Origin: an uncultured Chthonomonadaceae bacterium
GTDB lineage: Bacteria; Armatimonadota; Chthonomonadetes; Chthonomonadales; Chthonomonadaceae
DNA: 64,000 nt
Assembly: GCA_963835065.1 (NCBI GenBank)
Contig: CAWIEK010000011.1
Location: 32,001 to 96,000 of the forward strand
Direction: 5' to 3'
Below are positions 50,269 to 61,127 of this stretch, piece after piece. The stretch's first letter is position 1; each line of letters opens with the position of its first letter. The notes beneath the pieces were generated by a model. That model saw nothing but the letters and a program-made list of their open reading frames with translations, did no database searches and was not told the origin of the DNA. Both the position numbers and the translations under genes were made by a program.

Positions 50269-51214
50269 CTACTGCACGATAAAGCCGCCCGTGCCGGACT
50301 GCACCGTGACCGTTGCGGTTGCCGATTGCGTGGAATCGGACTGGCTGACCGCAATAATGTGGAACGTTCCGGCTCCGGGAGGGCGCGGTATAGGTGGCCG
50401 AACCGTCGCTGTTGGTAACAAGGGTTCCGCCTGACGCGCCTTCCTGAATACTCCACGTGACGGGCTGGCTGGCCGTAAATGTCTGCTGCGCGCCGGGCGC
50501 GACAGTTGCGCTGGTAGGATTGACAAACACACCGGCCACAACCTGCACCTGCGCGGGCATACTGGTCAAGCCCTGCGCGGAAATCGTGACGGTTGCCGTG
50601 CCGAGTTTCAAGCCTTTGAGCTGCGTGTTGTTGTTCACGGCTTGTACGACATCCTGCCCATCGGTTACGGCGAAACTGATCTGACTGGCGGGAACCGCCA
50701 CATAGTTGCCGTCCTTGTCGCGCAGAATGGCGTCAAGGGCGCGGGTCTGCCCGATAATAAGGGACTGGTTAGGGACAAGGGCAATGGAAGCAACGGGCGT
50801 ATTGGAAGCAAGGCCGAACTGGTTGTTGCCGGCCTTCAGCGTCACGGGCACATTGGAACTGGAAATCACATCGCCGCTGGCGTCCGGACCGGAGTAAAAG
50901 CGCGAACTCAGTGTAGTCACGATGGGGCGCAGGGGGCCGAGCGGGTGTCCGTCCGCGGGAACAGGAAACATGCCGCCATTGGTGGGGTTGATGTTCTGCG
51001 TATACGTAAAATCGGAACCGTTCAGGTTCGCTTTGGCAATTGCAAGTTGAACCGATTTGGGCTGCGGCGCGGGCATGGGCGCAACCGTCGCCGTAAAGGT
51101 GACAGTGGCGGCAACCAACCCGGTCGGCGGTCCCAAATCCCCTCCGCAGCCGGAAAGCAGCAACCCGGAAAACAGAACCATTATAAGCAGCAAAACACCG
51201 GCAAGGCAGCGCAT
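50269..51214 (-). CDS. Lipoprotein with Ig-like domains, +1 frameshift near 50376
   Basis: Lipobox LSGC; one SIQEGASGGTL repeat that finishes in the 50269..50541 frame (GTFHIIAVSQSD...GTGGFIVQ). Confidence 0.82.
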
Positions 51215-51555
51215 GTCTTCCTCTTCTTGTGTGTAGAATACAGCCAAAAACGGCAATGCGGAATCTTGCAAATGGCGACAAAGACGGCAGTTATGTGGAG
51301 GGGGAACGCGCCAACGGCTTATTTTAACAAGCAGGCGCATCATCAAGCAAACGCTAAATCCAACGGAATAAACCATCCGGCGGTAAAAAGCGTCTTGGAA
51401 AAATACTAATCTACTTTTTCATCTTACCTTATCAACGCATGGAAAAAGCAATAGCCGACGGGAATTAGACTGGACTTTGTTCAAAATCAGGTATTTCGCC
51501 AAAACCAGCGAGTTATTTAACATCAGAACGGTCGCGCTACGCGAAGTTCCGTTTG

Positions 51556-52363
51556 TCAAATTCGAAGGCCATGTTCGCGCAGCAAGGCATCGGCCCAAAC
51601 CGCGTCTTCTTCAGAAAGCGCTTCAACCGGCTCAGTCGTGTAATCTATGTCGCGGTCGTAGGCCATATCCACATAATGGCGATCAACAACCGCCTGTAAA
51701 TCAAGCGCAACATCCTGTTCACCGGCACGGAGGGGAACGGCGATACGCGGCAGACGGTCACGCAGGGTCATCAGCCAAACCTCGAAGCGGCCCGGATGAT
51801 AGCCGCGATGCAGGCAAACAGCGTAATGATAATCATAAGTGGACAGCAGTGACTCCGGCACAGCGATGGTATGCAGGCCGCGCCGCAGCAAATCTATTTC
51901 CAACAGGCTTGTTTCGCTGGCTAGCGTTTGTTCCTGCTTGCGCCGATACAAAGCGTGTCCCGGATTTTGCGCGGTTTTGTTGGTCGGACTGAGCAGTTCA
52001 ATGGCGGTGATAACTTCACGGCTACGGGTGTCCACAACATTGACATACGCCTCCCGAACTTCCAGTGACGAAATCTGAAAAATCAGCGCGGGATCAACCG
52101 CAGAAGCCACTTGCAATTCGGCGACGGCGACACTGCCCGTTGGCATGTGGGGAACGCGGCGATTGCAGACGAACCGCAATATCGGGGCGCGTCCGGTTTG
52201 TCGGCTGTTCGATGTAGCAGCGCACTCCCACGCGGGCGATATAGCCCGGCGGCAGGGAAGCGTTGAGAGCCGTCGCAAGGTAGGTAACAAGGCTGTTATG
52301 GCAGCCTTCCCATTCTGCCGGGTCTTCCAAATAAGGATTCATGCCGGAAAAGGGATTGGGCAT
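51556..52363 (-). CDS. DUF4058-family protein, frameshift near 52155
   Basis: MPNPFSGMNPYLE..W...H; ITAIELLSPTNK, LLEIDLLRRG and LRDRLPRIAVPL. Confidence 0.85.
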
Positions 52364-52411
52364 GATTTCTGTTCCTTTTTTCTTCTTTTAGTTTGCGCAG
52401 CAGGTTGAATG

Positions 52412-52789
52412 TTAAGGATGCGGGATGCGGCGCAGTATAAACGTTGCTCCATCAAGAACCGGCAACACCAATTCGTAGCCATACATCAGCGACATTCCTA
52501 CCAGCGAATCGGCTTCCAGTTCGTCTATGCGAATAGTCATCGGCTGACCATCCCATAAAACGACGCCCTTGTAGATATTGAACGTGGTTTCACTGCCGTC
52601 CGCGAGAATAGCTCGCCCAAACCTGTGCCAGCGTAAGCCGAGTATGGCAATCACATCCGGCGGCAGCGTCAAAGTACCATTGTAGCCGGTATCTATAAGC
52701 GAGTTGTACGTATGTTCCTGACCATTCGCATCATGTAAGGTGAGGCTCAAAATAGCCTCGCGCTGTGCCGTAACAACCCCTGTCATCAT
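52412..52789 (-). CDS. Clan AA aspartic protease (AF_0612-like)
   Basis: IDTGYNGTLTLP, LADGS and LVGMSLM. Confidence 0.85.
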   Translation of the reverse strand: MMTGVVTAQREAILSLTLHDANGQEHTYNSLIDTGYNGTLTLPPDVIAILGLRWHRFGRAILADGSETTFNIYKGVVLWDGQPMTIRIDELEADSLVGMSLMYGYELVLPVLDGATFILRRIPHP

Positions 52790-53061
52790 GCGCTTTGCTC
52801 GCTCCGTCCTGCGCCAAACCGACGCACATAGCGTGAGCCAACACGCAGCACCATGATCTGCGCGTCGGGCAATCGCGCTTGCAGGCGGTCTGCGGCAATG
52901 TCTTCATCAGCATCTATTTCCCACGCGCCGGTATCCAAGTCAACGGCGACAATTTCATTGTTGTGCGCCGGTTCCACCTGAGCGCGAATATCGCGGTCAT
53001 ATATCTCGTCGCCGCGTCGGGCGGCTTCTTCTTTACTGTAGCGTGGCTGGTGTACGAGCAT
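52786..53061 (-). CDS. Small partner protein of the aspartic protease
   Basis: PRYSKEEAARRGDEIY...IVAVDLDTG.WEID; ATGA overlap with the protease. Confidence 0.75.
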   Translation of the reverse strand: MLVHQPRYSKEEAARRGDEIYDRDIRAQVEPAHNNEIVAVDLDTGAWEIDADEDIAADRLQARLPDAQIMVLRVGSRYVRRFGAGRSEQSA

Positions 53062-53152
53062 AATGTTCTCCCGTCAGGTAGCTGTCGGCGTATAGCAGAC
53101 ATTCTTGCCTATCTTCTCTGACATGGTTTGCAACCTTTCAGTTGCGCAAACT

Positions 53153-53488
53153 TTACGCGACGGCGAAATCGGTGTAGTGGCGCAAGTCTGCTGGATGGAA
53201 GGCGAGTACGATATTTTGTTTCGGAACCCCTTCCCGCATCAGCATTTCCGCCAGGCGCAGATTGGTTCCGTCGTGCTGAATCCAGACTTTATCGTCCTGC
53301 ACGTCCACATGCAGGTAGACATCATCCACGCGGCGCTTGCCTTCCCATCCGACCTGCCCCAACTGATAGTGTCCGGTTGTCTCGTCACAAATCAGTTCGG
53401 TTTTCAATTCGGCTTCAGAAGGCATCATTGCGGCAACCTCCTCAAAAACGCGCCGGACAATCACACGAAACTCGTAAGTTCGATCCAT
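53153..53488 (-). CDS. xisI: XisI-family protein
   Basis: DETTGHYQL..VGW...HVDVQDDKVWIQHDGT...GVPKQNIVLAFHP..R.YTDFAVA. Confidence 0.9.
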   Translation of the reverse strand: MDRTYEFRVIVRRVFEEVAAMMPSEAELKTELICDETTGHYQLGQVGWEGKRRVDDVYLHVDVQDDKVWIQHDGTNLRLAEMLMREGVPKQNIVLAFHPADLRHYTDFAVA

Positions 53489-53531
53489 TCCAGTGCTTCC
53501 TTCTCGCGTGAAAAGTATCTTTAACAGGCAT
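53489..53531 (-). pseudogene. xisH: xisH remnant (internal deletion)
   Basis: ATG 53531 gives MPVKDTFH, the XisH-type start, and runs straight into xisI. Confidence 0.55.
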
Positions 53532-53787
53532 AGGGGAAGTATACCACACAGCAAATGCTGTATCGGTACACTTGCGCCCCGCAAACATTCCGAAATAGAG
53601 GGAAAATAAAATCTCATTTCCGCCCCCAACTTTCCCCTGAGCAACGGCCTCCAAACTGCCACAATTACCAGTGTAAGCAGTCACCATCCGACTGACCAGA
53701 CTTTTGTAACTCACCTGACCCATGCGCTGCAACGCTGCGTTGCGCCGGGTTGAACCTCCGTTATTTCCCGCCTTTGGAGATTTTTCT

Positions 53788-56700
53788 ATGCGAAGCCCCT
53801 TTCTGTTGCTTGGCTGCGCCTTATCGGTTGCCATACTTCCCTCCGCGAACAGGGCGACTGCACTGCCGGTGTTGCCGTCCGCTCACATTTTGCCGCAACA
53901 TGCGTCAGGGAGCGCGGATGGACAAACCGACGCGCCCGATGATGAAACGCCGGAGGAGCGAACCGCGCGGCTGAAAGCGGAGGCGAAGCGGCGACAGCAG
54001 GAACGCGCTAAAAAGGCACTGCCGAACGAGCAGCCGGAAACAACGCCGGACGAGGCTTCCGATTCGGGCGACGCTTCCCATTCCGGCAAAACGTCCGATG
54101 GCCGCGTTCGGGGTAAATCCACTTCCGGCAAAAACGGCAAAAACGGCAAGGCCGATACGACCGACAGCGCGGAAGAGGCCGACAGCGAAGAAGATATGCC
54201 CCTGCGCAACGCGCCCCGAACCACGCGCAAGTTCTCGCAGCCGCTGGAATTGTTCGGTTATTCCTATTTCGCTCATGCCCGCGAGTCCCTCGAAGCCCGC
54301 CGCAACGCCCTGCGCCATTATTCTCCGAATTCTGCCAATGCTTCCAATCGTGAATCAGACGCTTCGGAAACGCGGCGCGATGGCGTGAAAACAGAGGGAG
54401 ACTTCCGCTCTGAGCGGGGCAAATGGTAAGTCCAAAACGGCCCGCACACGCGGCAATAGCGATCAGGATGATACGGAGAACGGATCGAACGGACGTTTGG
54501 GAACCCGTCAGGCAAATGCGGAGGATGCGCGGAACGGACGCAATTCGAGCCGGGACAATAATGGACAGGAAGACAACGGGCATGAAGACAACGGGCAGGC
54601 GAGGGAAAACGAGGCCGCGTCCAATCGCAAGCGTTCCACATCAGCGGATGCGCGGCAAAGCATCCTCGGCCCCGATGACATGCAGGCGCTCAATGTGTTC
54701 GCGCCCGCTCCCGAACGCTACCAACTCGGACCCGGCGACACCCTGACCGTTCGCTATTGGAGCCGGACGCTGGAAGCGACGGAAGCCACCCTGACGGTAG
54801 ACGCGGGCGGTACGCTGGCTTTGCCCTCCGGGGATCGCATGGTCGTGCGCGGACAAACAACCGCGCAGGCGCAGGAAGCCATTCGCGCCCAACTTGCCCG
54901 CAAATTTCGCCAGATACAAGTGACATTGGCCTTAAAAGAACTGCGAACGATTATGGTTCTGGTGACGGGGGAAGCGTATGCCGCCGGCTCGTACCAGATG
55001 CCCGCAACCGTGACCCTGTTCAACATGCTGTACGCCTGTGGCGGCGCGAGTGAGCGGGGAACCCTGCGCAACATTCAGGTGCGCCGTACGGACGGAACCA
55101 CGCGCAAGTTCGACTTTTACCATTTTCTGCTGCGCGGCGACAGCAGCCAGGACACGCCGCTTCAGCCCGGTGACGTGATCTTTATTCCCCCGGCGGAAAC
55201 CCGCGTTTCGGTCAAGGGCGAAGTGTTCCGCCCCGCCATTTTTGAATTGAAGCAGGACGAGAAACTGCGCGACGCGGTTGGCTTTGCGGGCGGCGTGAAA
55301 CCGTCCGGCATTTCGCAGCGCGTGTCTATCCAATCGGTGCAGCCCGGCACGGAGCATCGGCTGGTAGACGCCAACCTGAACGCGACGGACGCCGCGAATA
55401 ATCCCGCGCTGTACGACGGCGATGTGGTGGAACTGCTCAGTATCCGCTCACAGATCGCCAATCTGGTCAGCGTGGAGGGCGCGGTAGATCAGCCGAGCCG
55501 GTACGCGATTGCCCCCGGCATGACGGTTGCCGATTTGATAGACCGGGCGCGCGGTCTGCGCGATGATGTGTACATGATGCGGGCTGACCTGTTCCGCGCC
55601 AATCCCGACAACACGCAAAAACTGGTGTCCGTTGATTTAACCCACGCCCTGAAACGCGAACCCGGCGCGAACCCCGTTTTGCAGCCCCGCGACCGGCTGG
55701 TGGTGTACAGCGCAAGCGACGTGCAGTTCATGGGTTTCCGGCGCGTGAATGTCAAGGGCGCTGTGCGCAAGCCGGGCGCGTATTATCGTCCCGACAACAT
55801 GCGCGTCGCCGATTTGCTCCTGCAGGCGGGCGGAACGCAGCCCGACGCTTCGCTCCGGCAGGCATTTGTCCAGCGCCGCAACGACGACGGCACGTATGGC
55901 CCACTTGTCAAAGTGAACATCGGCAAGGCGCTTGCAGGGGACGTAGGGGAAAACATCGAGGTACAGGATCGGGACACGCTCACGGTCTTCAATCTCAAGG
56001 ACGCGCAGTTTACGCCCGACCCAACCGTAGAAATCTCCGGGCCTGTGCAGCGCGAAGGCAAGTACACCCTTGCGGCAGGCATGAAACTAAGCGACCTGCT
56101 GCAGCTTTCAGGCGGAGCCTTGCCCAAAGCCGGGGAACAAATTGAAATCGCCCACGCCCATGCCGAGTCCGGCGACAAGCCGTTGCTGGTTGCAATGGAC
56201 GTTCGCAGCCGGCAATGCAGCGACGACCCGGTTTTGATGCCCGGTGACATTGTAATTTTGAAAGCGCGGGGCGAGTACGAAGACAAGCCCCGAGTTGTGC
56301 GGGTGTACGGCGCGGTAGATCGCCCCGGCCCGGTGATTTTGCGCACCCGGACAACGCGCCTGAGCGATGTTATCAAGGAAGCGGGCGGCCTGACCGGGGA
56401 AGCGTATGCCCCCGGCAGTGAATTCACGCGGGACTCCAAAGTGCTGGAAACGGGTACGCAGAAAGAATACGCCCTGCTCATCAGCCACTTTATGGACGGC
56501 TTGAATCAGGCGCAGTACAAGCGCGAAATGGCGAAGGCGGACCTGGAACGCTTGAAATCCGTCAACAGCGCGACCAAAAACGACCTGCCCATCAGCATTC
56601 CGGGGCTGACACCGGGTGGCGACAGCCCGACCGGTACGGCAGCCGGTTCCAAAACGCTGGACAAGTTGCTATCGCAGGATTTGGTTTCCGCGCCCCGCGT

Positions 56701-57154
56701 CCTATCCTCGCAGGATTTGGAGCCGAAGGGCAACGTGTTTGTCAACCTGTCCGGCGCATTGCAAAAGCCGGGAAGCGCGGACGATCTGGTGATGATGGAC
56801 GGGGATGTGATTACGGTTCCGACCAAGCCCTCGACCATTCAGGTTGTCGGCGGCGTCACGCAGTCCCGCGCGGTTCCGTTCCAACAGGGCGCGGGCGCAG
56901 AGTATTACGTCGCATCCGCAGGCGGGTTCGCGCCCGACGCCGCGCAGGATCGCATCATCGTCATCCGTCTGGGCGGCGGCCTGATGCCCCTCAACAAGGT
57001 ACACGCGCTCCAACCGGGTGACGTGATCATGGTTCCCACCCGCGTACAGGCCGAGCAACTAAGCAAGCGCTCCAACGGCGTAGACAGCTTCTTCAAGTCG
57101 CTCACGTCCTCGTCGCTGCTGTTCTTCGGCGCGAAGAAGCTGTTAGGGTTTTAG
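53788..57154 (+). CDS. Polysaccharide export protein with multiple SLBB domains, +1 frameshift near 54421
   Basis: Signal peptide, LELFGYSYF, YQLGPGDTL and repeated V.GEV.RP/V.GAV..PG SLBB units. Confidence 0.9.
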
Positions 57155-57284
57155 TAGGTTTCAGGTTTCAGGTGTCAGGTGTCAGGTTGGAGTGTACCCT
57201 GCTCTAGTCTGATGCTGATACGAGTAGAAAGAAGGGCAGAGAAGTGGATTTCCTGACACCTGACACCTGACACCTGAAACCTAC
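57154..57284. repeat. Inverted heptamer-array element (GGTGTCA/GGTTTCA)
   Basis: 33-bp arms at 57154-57186 and 57252-57284 with 1 mismatch. Confidence 0.92.
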
Positions 57285-57298
57285 AAAGGAAGACGCAA

Positions 57299-58996
57299 TT
57301 GGATCAGGAAGAACCGATAGTGGATGGGCGGCGGATCGGGCAGATTGTTCGGCGGCGCTGGAAAGCGTGGACGCTGCTGGGCGTGGGGCTGTTGGGCGCG
57401 GGCGTGGGAGGCGGCCTGTATTTGCTGCCGCAAACGTTTACATCTACGGTTTCCATTTCGGTGCAGCGTCCGGGCGGGGCAAGTTCGCCGCTTGGCGGGC
57501 TGATAGGGCTGAACGGCGGGCAGAAAAGCTACGGCGGCGTCGTGAAAAGCCTGCGCATGGCGGAAGAAGTCAACGCGGAAGTGGGTTTGCAGAACGTGTA
57601 TCGCCTGCCTTCCAAAGACGAGGCTTCGCGCCGACTGTCGAAAAGCGTTGCTTTAGATGACAATGCGGCGGAAGGCTTGATGTACATTACGGTTTCGCTG
57701 CCCGCGCCGCCGCGTTATGCCCGTCATGCGGATGGCTTGCGAATGGGGGCGCAGCAGGCGTCCGCGCAGGCGGCTAACGCCTATGCCGAAGCCCTGCGCC
57801 GCTACACGGTAGAAACGGACAACGACAAGGAAGCCGTGATGCTGCGCATGGCCGAAAACCAGATTCGGGAAGCGCGGGCGGGTTATGACAGCGCGATTGA
57901 CCGCTTGCAGGCGTTCGTCCATCAGCATCGAAGCGGCGCAGGTGGGGCGCAAGCGGCGCAAGCGGCGGCAGCGGGTGACAGCGGCGCATCCTCCGGGACC
58001 GACAAGGGTTCAGGAGCAGGCGGGGACAAGAATTCAGCGTCCGCGGCGGCAGCCGGAGGCGAGTTGGGCGGCTTGTACCGCGAACGGGCGTCACTGGAAC
58101 AGGATATTCAAACGCGGGAAGCGACCCGAACCGCGCGAACCGCCATGCTGGACAATCAGCTTCAATCGCTGTCCACCCTGCCCGGCGAAGATCCACTGTT
58201 GACGGGAGCGCGGGCTGAAGAGCGCCGAGCGGATGAAGAACTGCAATCTCTGAAAATCCAGTTTGAAGCCGAGCATCCGCAGGTGATCGCCGCGCAGGAA
58301 CGCTTGCGGATCGCGCAGGCGCGGGTTCGCAAGGAAGTGGACGGCCTGAAAAACGGCCTGACCAGTGACCGCGCCGCATATATGGCGGAATTGACCGGCC
58401 TGCGCAGCCGACTGGACAAGGTACAGTCGCAGATTGCACTCGCGGAAGGGCAGGCGCAAACAGGGCGCGAGCAGACCGCCCAACTGGAAAAACTGCGCAA
58501 CGAAGCGCAGTTACGCTTGGAAGTGCTGAAAGCCACGTCCACGCAGGTCGCTACCCTCCGGGTACAAACCGCGTCGAGCCAGAGCCGAATTCTGGTGATT
58601 GACCGGGCGCGAGTGGCGGAGTTCAGCCAGCCGGGATTGACGCTGATAACCCTGTTCAGCCTGTTCGCAAGCCTGGCGGCGCTGCTGTTCTGGCTGATTG
58701 TGGAGTATGCGTTCGGCAAGCGCGAACCCGTGTTGGTAGTGACGCCGCTTGCCCGGACGCCCAACGACTACGCCGCCACTGCCGTTATCAACATCCACTC
58801 CAACGGCGCTTACGGAAGCGGAGTGCATGTCAACGCGGTTCACGGCAAAGATACGCACAGGGAAACCGTCAACGCCGCGTCTGCGAATGGTACGAATTAT
58901 GCTTACGCAAACGGCACAAATGGCAACGGCGCGCATTACGAACCGATTATGATTATTTCCGACATTGACGAAGACGCGGAAGGAACGAGCGAATGA
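57299..58996 (+). CDS. Polysaccharide co-polymerase (Wzz/GumC-like), no kinase domain
   Basis: Two transmembrane segments flanking a coiled coil; EHPQV and ILVIDRA...P. Confidence 0.8.
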   Translation: MDQEEPIVDGRRIGQIVRRRWKAWTLLGVGLLGAGVGGGLYLLPQTFTSTVSISVQRPGGASSPLGGLIGLNGGQKSYGGVVKSLRMAEEVNAEVGLQNVYRLPSKDEASRRLSKSVALDDNAAEGLMYITVSLPAPPRYARHADGLRMGAQQASAQAANAYAEALRRYTVETDNDKEAVMLRMAENQIREARAGYDSAIDRLQAFVHQHRSGAGGAQAAQAAAAGDSGASSGTDKGSGAGGDKNSASAAAAGGELGGLYRERASLEQDIQTREATRTARTAMLDNQLQSLSTLPGEDPLLTGARAEERRADEELQSLKIQFEAEHPQVIAAQERLRIAQARVRKEVDGLKNGLTSDRAAYMAELTGLRSRLDKVQSQIALAEGQAQTGREQTAQLEKLRNEAQLRLEVLKATSTQVATLRVQTASSQSRILVIDRARVAEFSQPGLTLITLFSLFASLAALLFWLIVEYAFGKREPVLVVTPLARTPNDYAATAVINIHSNGAYGSGVHVNAVHGKDTHRETVNAASANGTNYAYANGTNGNGAHYEPIMIISDIDEDAEGTSE

Positions 58997-59925
58997 AAGT
59001 TCTGGTAACGGGCGCTGCCGGGTATATCGGCAGTATTTTATGCGAGCATTTGCTGGCGCAGGGACATTCGGTGATTGCATTGGACAGCCTCTTGTATGGT
59101 CAGGCGAGTCTGTTCCACCTGTGCGCCGATCCCCGCTTTGATTTTGTGCGCGGCGATGCGCGGGACGAAACCCTGCTGCGCCAACTGGTACGCAAAGCCG
59201 ATGTGCTGATTCCCCTCGCGGCCATCGTGGGCGCTCCCGCCTGCAAGCAGGACCCCATACTCACCACGTCCATCAATCTTGACGCGGTGCGCCTGCTCAA
59301 CCGCCTGCGCTGCCCCGACCAACTGATGATCTATCCCACGACCAACAGCGGGTACGGGACGCAATCCGGCGACGAGTATTGCACTGAAGAAACGCCTTTG
59401 CAGCCCATATCGCTATACGGGCAGACCAAATCCGACGCCGAAGCCGACGTGCTTGCTTCCGAAAACGCGATTACCCTCCGGCTGGCAACCGTGTTCGGCA
59501 CATCCCCCCGGATGCGCCTGGATTTGCTCGTCAACCATTTCGTGTACGCGGCGGTAACGGACGGCTACCTTGTCCTGTTCGAGAAAGATTTCAAGCGCAA
59601 CTTCGTGCATGTCCGCGACGTAGCCGACTGCTTCCTGCACTGTATGGGACACGCCGATTCGATGGTAGGCAGGCCGTTCAATCTCGGATTAGATGCGGCC
59701 AACCTGTCCAAAGAGCAGCTTGCCTTAAAGGTGCAGGAACACATTCCGCACTTCTATCTCCACTATTCCGAAGTGGGCAGCGACCCCGATAAGCGCAACT
59801 ACATCGTGTCCAACCAGCGCCTGCGCGAAGCCGGCTTTGAAGCGCGGCACTCCCTCGATGACGGCATCCGCGAACTGCTCCAGGGCTACGCCATGCTCGG
59901 ACGCGGGCTGTTTAAGAACATTTAG
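58993..59925 (+). CDS. NAD-dependent sugar epimerase/dehydratase
   Basis: VTGAAGYIG, YGQTK and RLATVFG.SPRMR.DL. Confidence 0.92.
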   Translation: MKVLVTGAAGYIGSILCEHLLAQGHSVIALDSLLYGQASLFHLCADPRFDFVRGDARDETLLRQLVRKADVLIPLAAIVGAPACKQDPILTTSINLDAVRLLNRLRCPDQLMIYPTTNSGYGTQSGDEYCTEETPLQPISLYGQTKSDAEADVLASENAITLRLATVFGTSPRMRLDLLVNHFVYAAVTDGYLVLFEKDFKRNFVHVRDVADCFLHCMGHADSMVGRPFNLGLDAANLSKEQLALKVQEHIPHFYLHYSEVGSDPDKRNYIVSNQRLREAGFEARHSLDDGIRELLQGYAMLGRGLFKNI

Positions 59926-59926
59926 G

Positions 59927-60048
59927 AAGGCATTAGGCATTAGGCATTAGGCATTAGTTTCCAGCGGCAAGGCATAGTCGCTATAGCGTTAAACGTACAT
60001 TGACTGTGCTGTGACCACTAATGCCTAATGCCTAATGCCTAATGCCTT
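59927..60048. repeat. Inverted heptamer-array element (GGCATTA)
   Basis: Perfect 32-bp arms at 59927-59958 and 60017-60048. Confidence 0.93.
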
Positions 60049-60059
60049 TAGGATCAACC

Positions 60060-61097
60060 ATGATTATCACCAGAACGCCGCTGCGCATCAGCTTCTTTGG
60101 CGGGGGCACGGACTATCCTGACCATTTCCGCGAACATGGCGGGCAGACGTTGGGCGTTGCCATCAACTACTACTCTTATATTACCGTGAAGTCGCTGGCT
60201 CCCCTGTTCGATTACGCGATTCGGGTGGGGTATCGGCGCACGGAACTCGCGCAAAACGTGAATGAGATCGAGCATCCTTCGGTGCGGGAGTGCCTGCGGT
60301 TTATGGGCGTACCGGGAAATGTCGAAGTGGACTACATCGGCGATTTGCCCGCGCGCAGTGGTCTGGGTTCGTCGTCGTCGTTTACGGTCGGTTTGCTCCA
60401 CGCGCTTCATGCGTACAAGGGCGAACTGACCACGCGGGAACAACTTGCCGCCGAAGCCGTTTATGTGGAACAGCAAATGATTGGCGAGCGCGTGGGGGTG
60501 CAGGATCAATACCTGTGCGCGCATGGCGGCCTGACTCATCTGACCATGAAGCGAAACGGGCAGATCAAGGCACAGGCCGTACCCCTGCGAACCAGCCGAT
60601 TGGAAGATTTACATTCGCGCCTGATGCTGTTTTACACGGGCTTGCAGCGCAACGCGCACGATGTGCTGGATGAGCAGCTTGCCAACACGCGGCAGGGAAC
60701 CGTCACCCCTGACCTGCATCAAATGTCCGGGCTGGTGGATCAGGGCATTGAGGTTTTGACAAGCGAGCGTCCGATGGGTATTTTCGGCGAACTGCTGCAT
60801 ACGGCCTGGGAACTCAAGCGCGGGCTGTCGAGCAAAATCAGCAATGCGGGCATAGATGGGCATTACGCCGATGCGCGGCGGGCGGGCGCGGTGGGCGGCA
60901 AACTGCTGGGCGCGGGTGGGGGCGGGTTTCTGCTGTTCGTGGCTCCCCCGGAGCGTCACGCCGACATTACGCGCGCCCTGTGGCCGCTCAAGCAAGTGCC
61001 GTTCCAATTCGACTTTACGGGTTCGGACATCGCGTTCTATCATCCCGAAGGCCAACTCGTAACACCCGATGCCGTGACGCTGGCGCGGGCGGCATAG
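60060..61097 (+). CDS. GHMP sugar kinase, HddA-like (heptose-7-phosphate kinase family)
   Basis: RTPLRISFFGGGTD, PARSGLGSSS, GVQDQY and GGKLLGAGGGGF. Confidence 0.88.
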   Translation: MIITRTPLRISFFGGGTDYPDHFREHGGQTLGVAINYYSYITVKSLAPLFDYAIRVGYRRTELAQNVNEIEHPSVRECLRFMGVPGNVEVDYIGDLPARSGLGSSSSFTVGLLHALHAYKGELTTREQLAAEAVYVEQQMIGERVGVQDQYLCAHGGLTHLTMKRNGQIKAQAVPLRTSRLEDLHSRLMLFYTGLQRNAHDVLDEQLANTRQGTVTPDLHQMSGLVDQGIEVLTSERPMGIFGELLHTAWELKRGLSSKISNAGIDGHYADARRAGAVGGKLLGAGGGGFLLFVAPPERHADITRALWPLKQVPFQFDFTGSDIAFYHPEGQLVTPDAVTLARAA

Positions 61098-61127
61098 ATT
61101 ATATTTATTAAGCAAAGGCAGGCAGAT

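Noticed and set aside
9168..60048. CRISPR array
   Set aside because: The repeats are contiguous 7-9-mers in inverted arms, not 23-47-bp direct repeats with unique spacers, and no cas genes are present.
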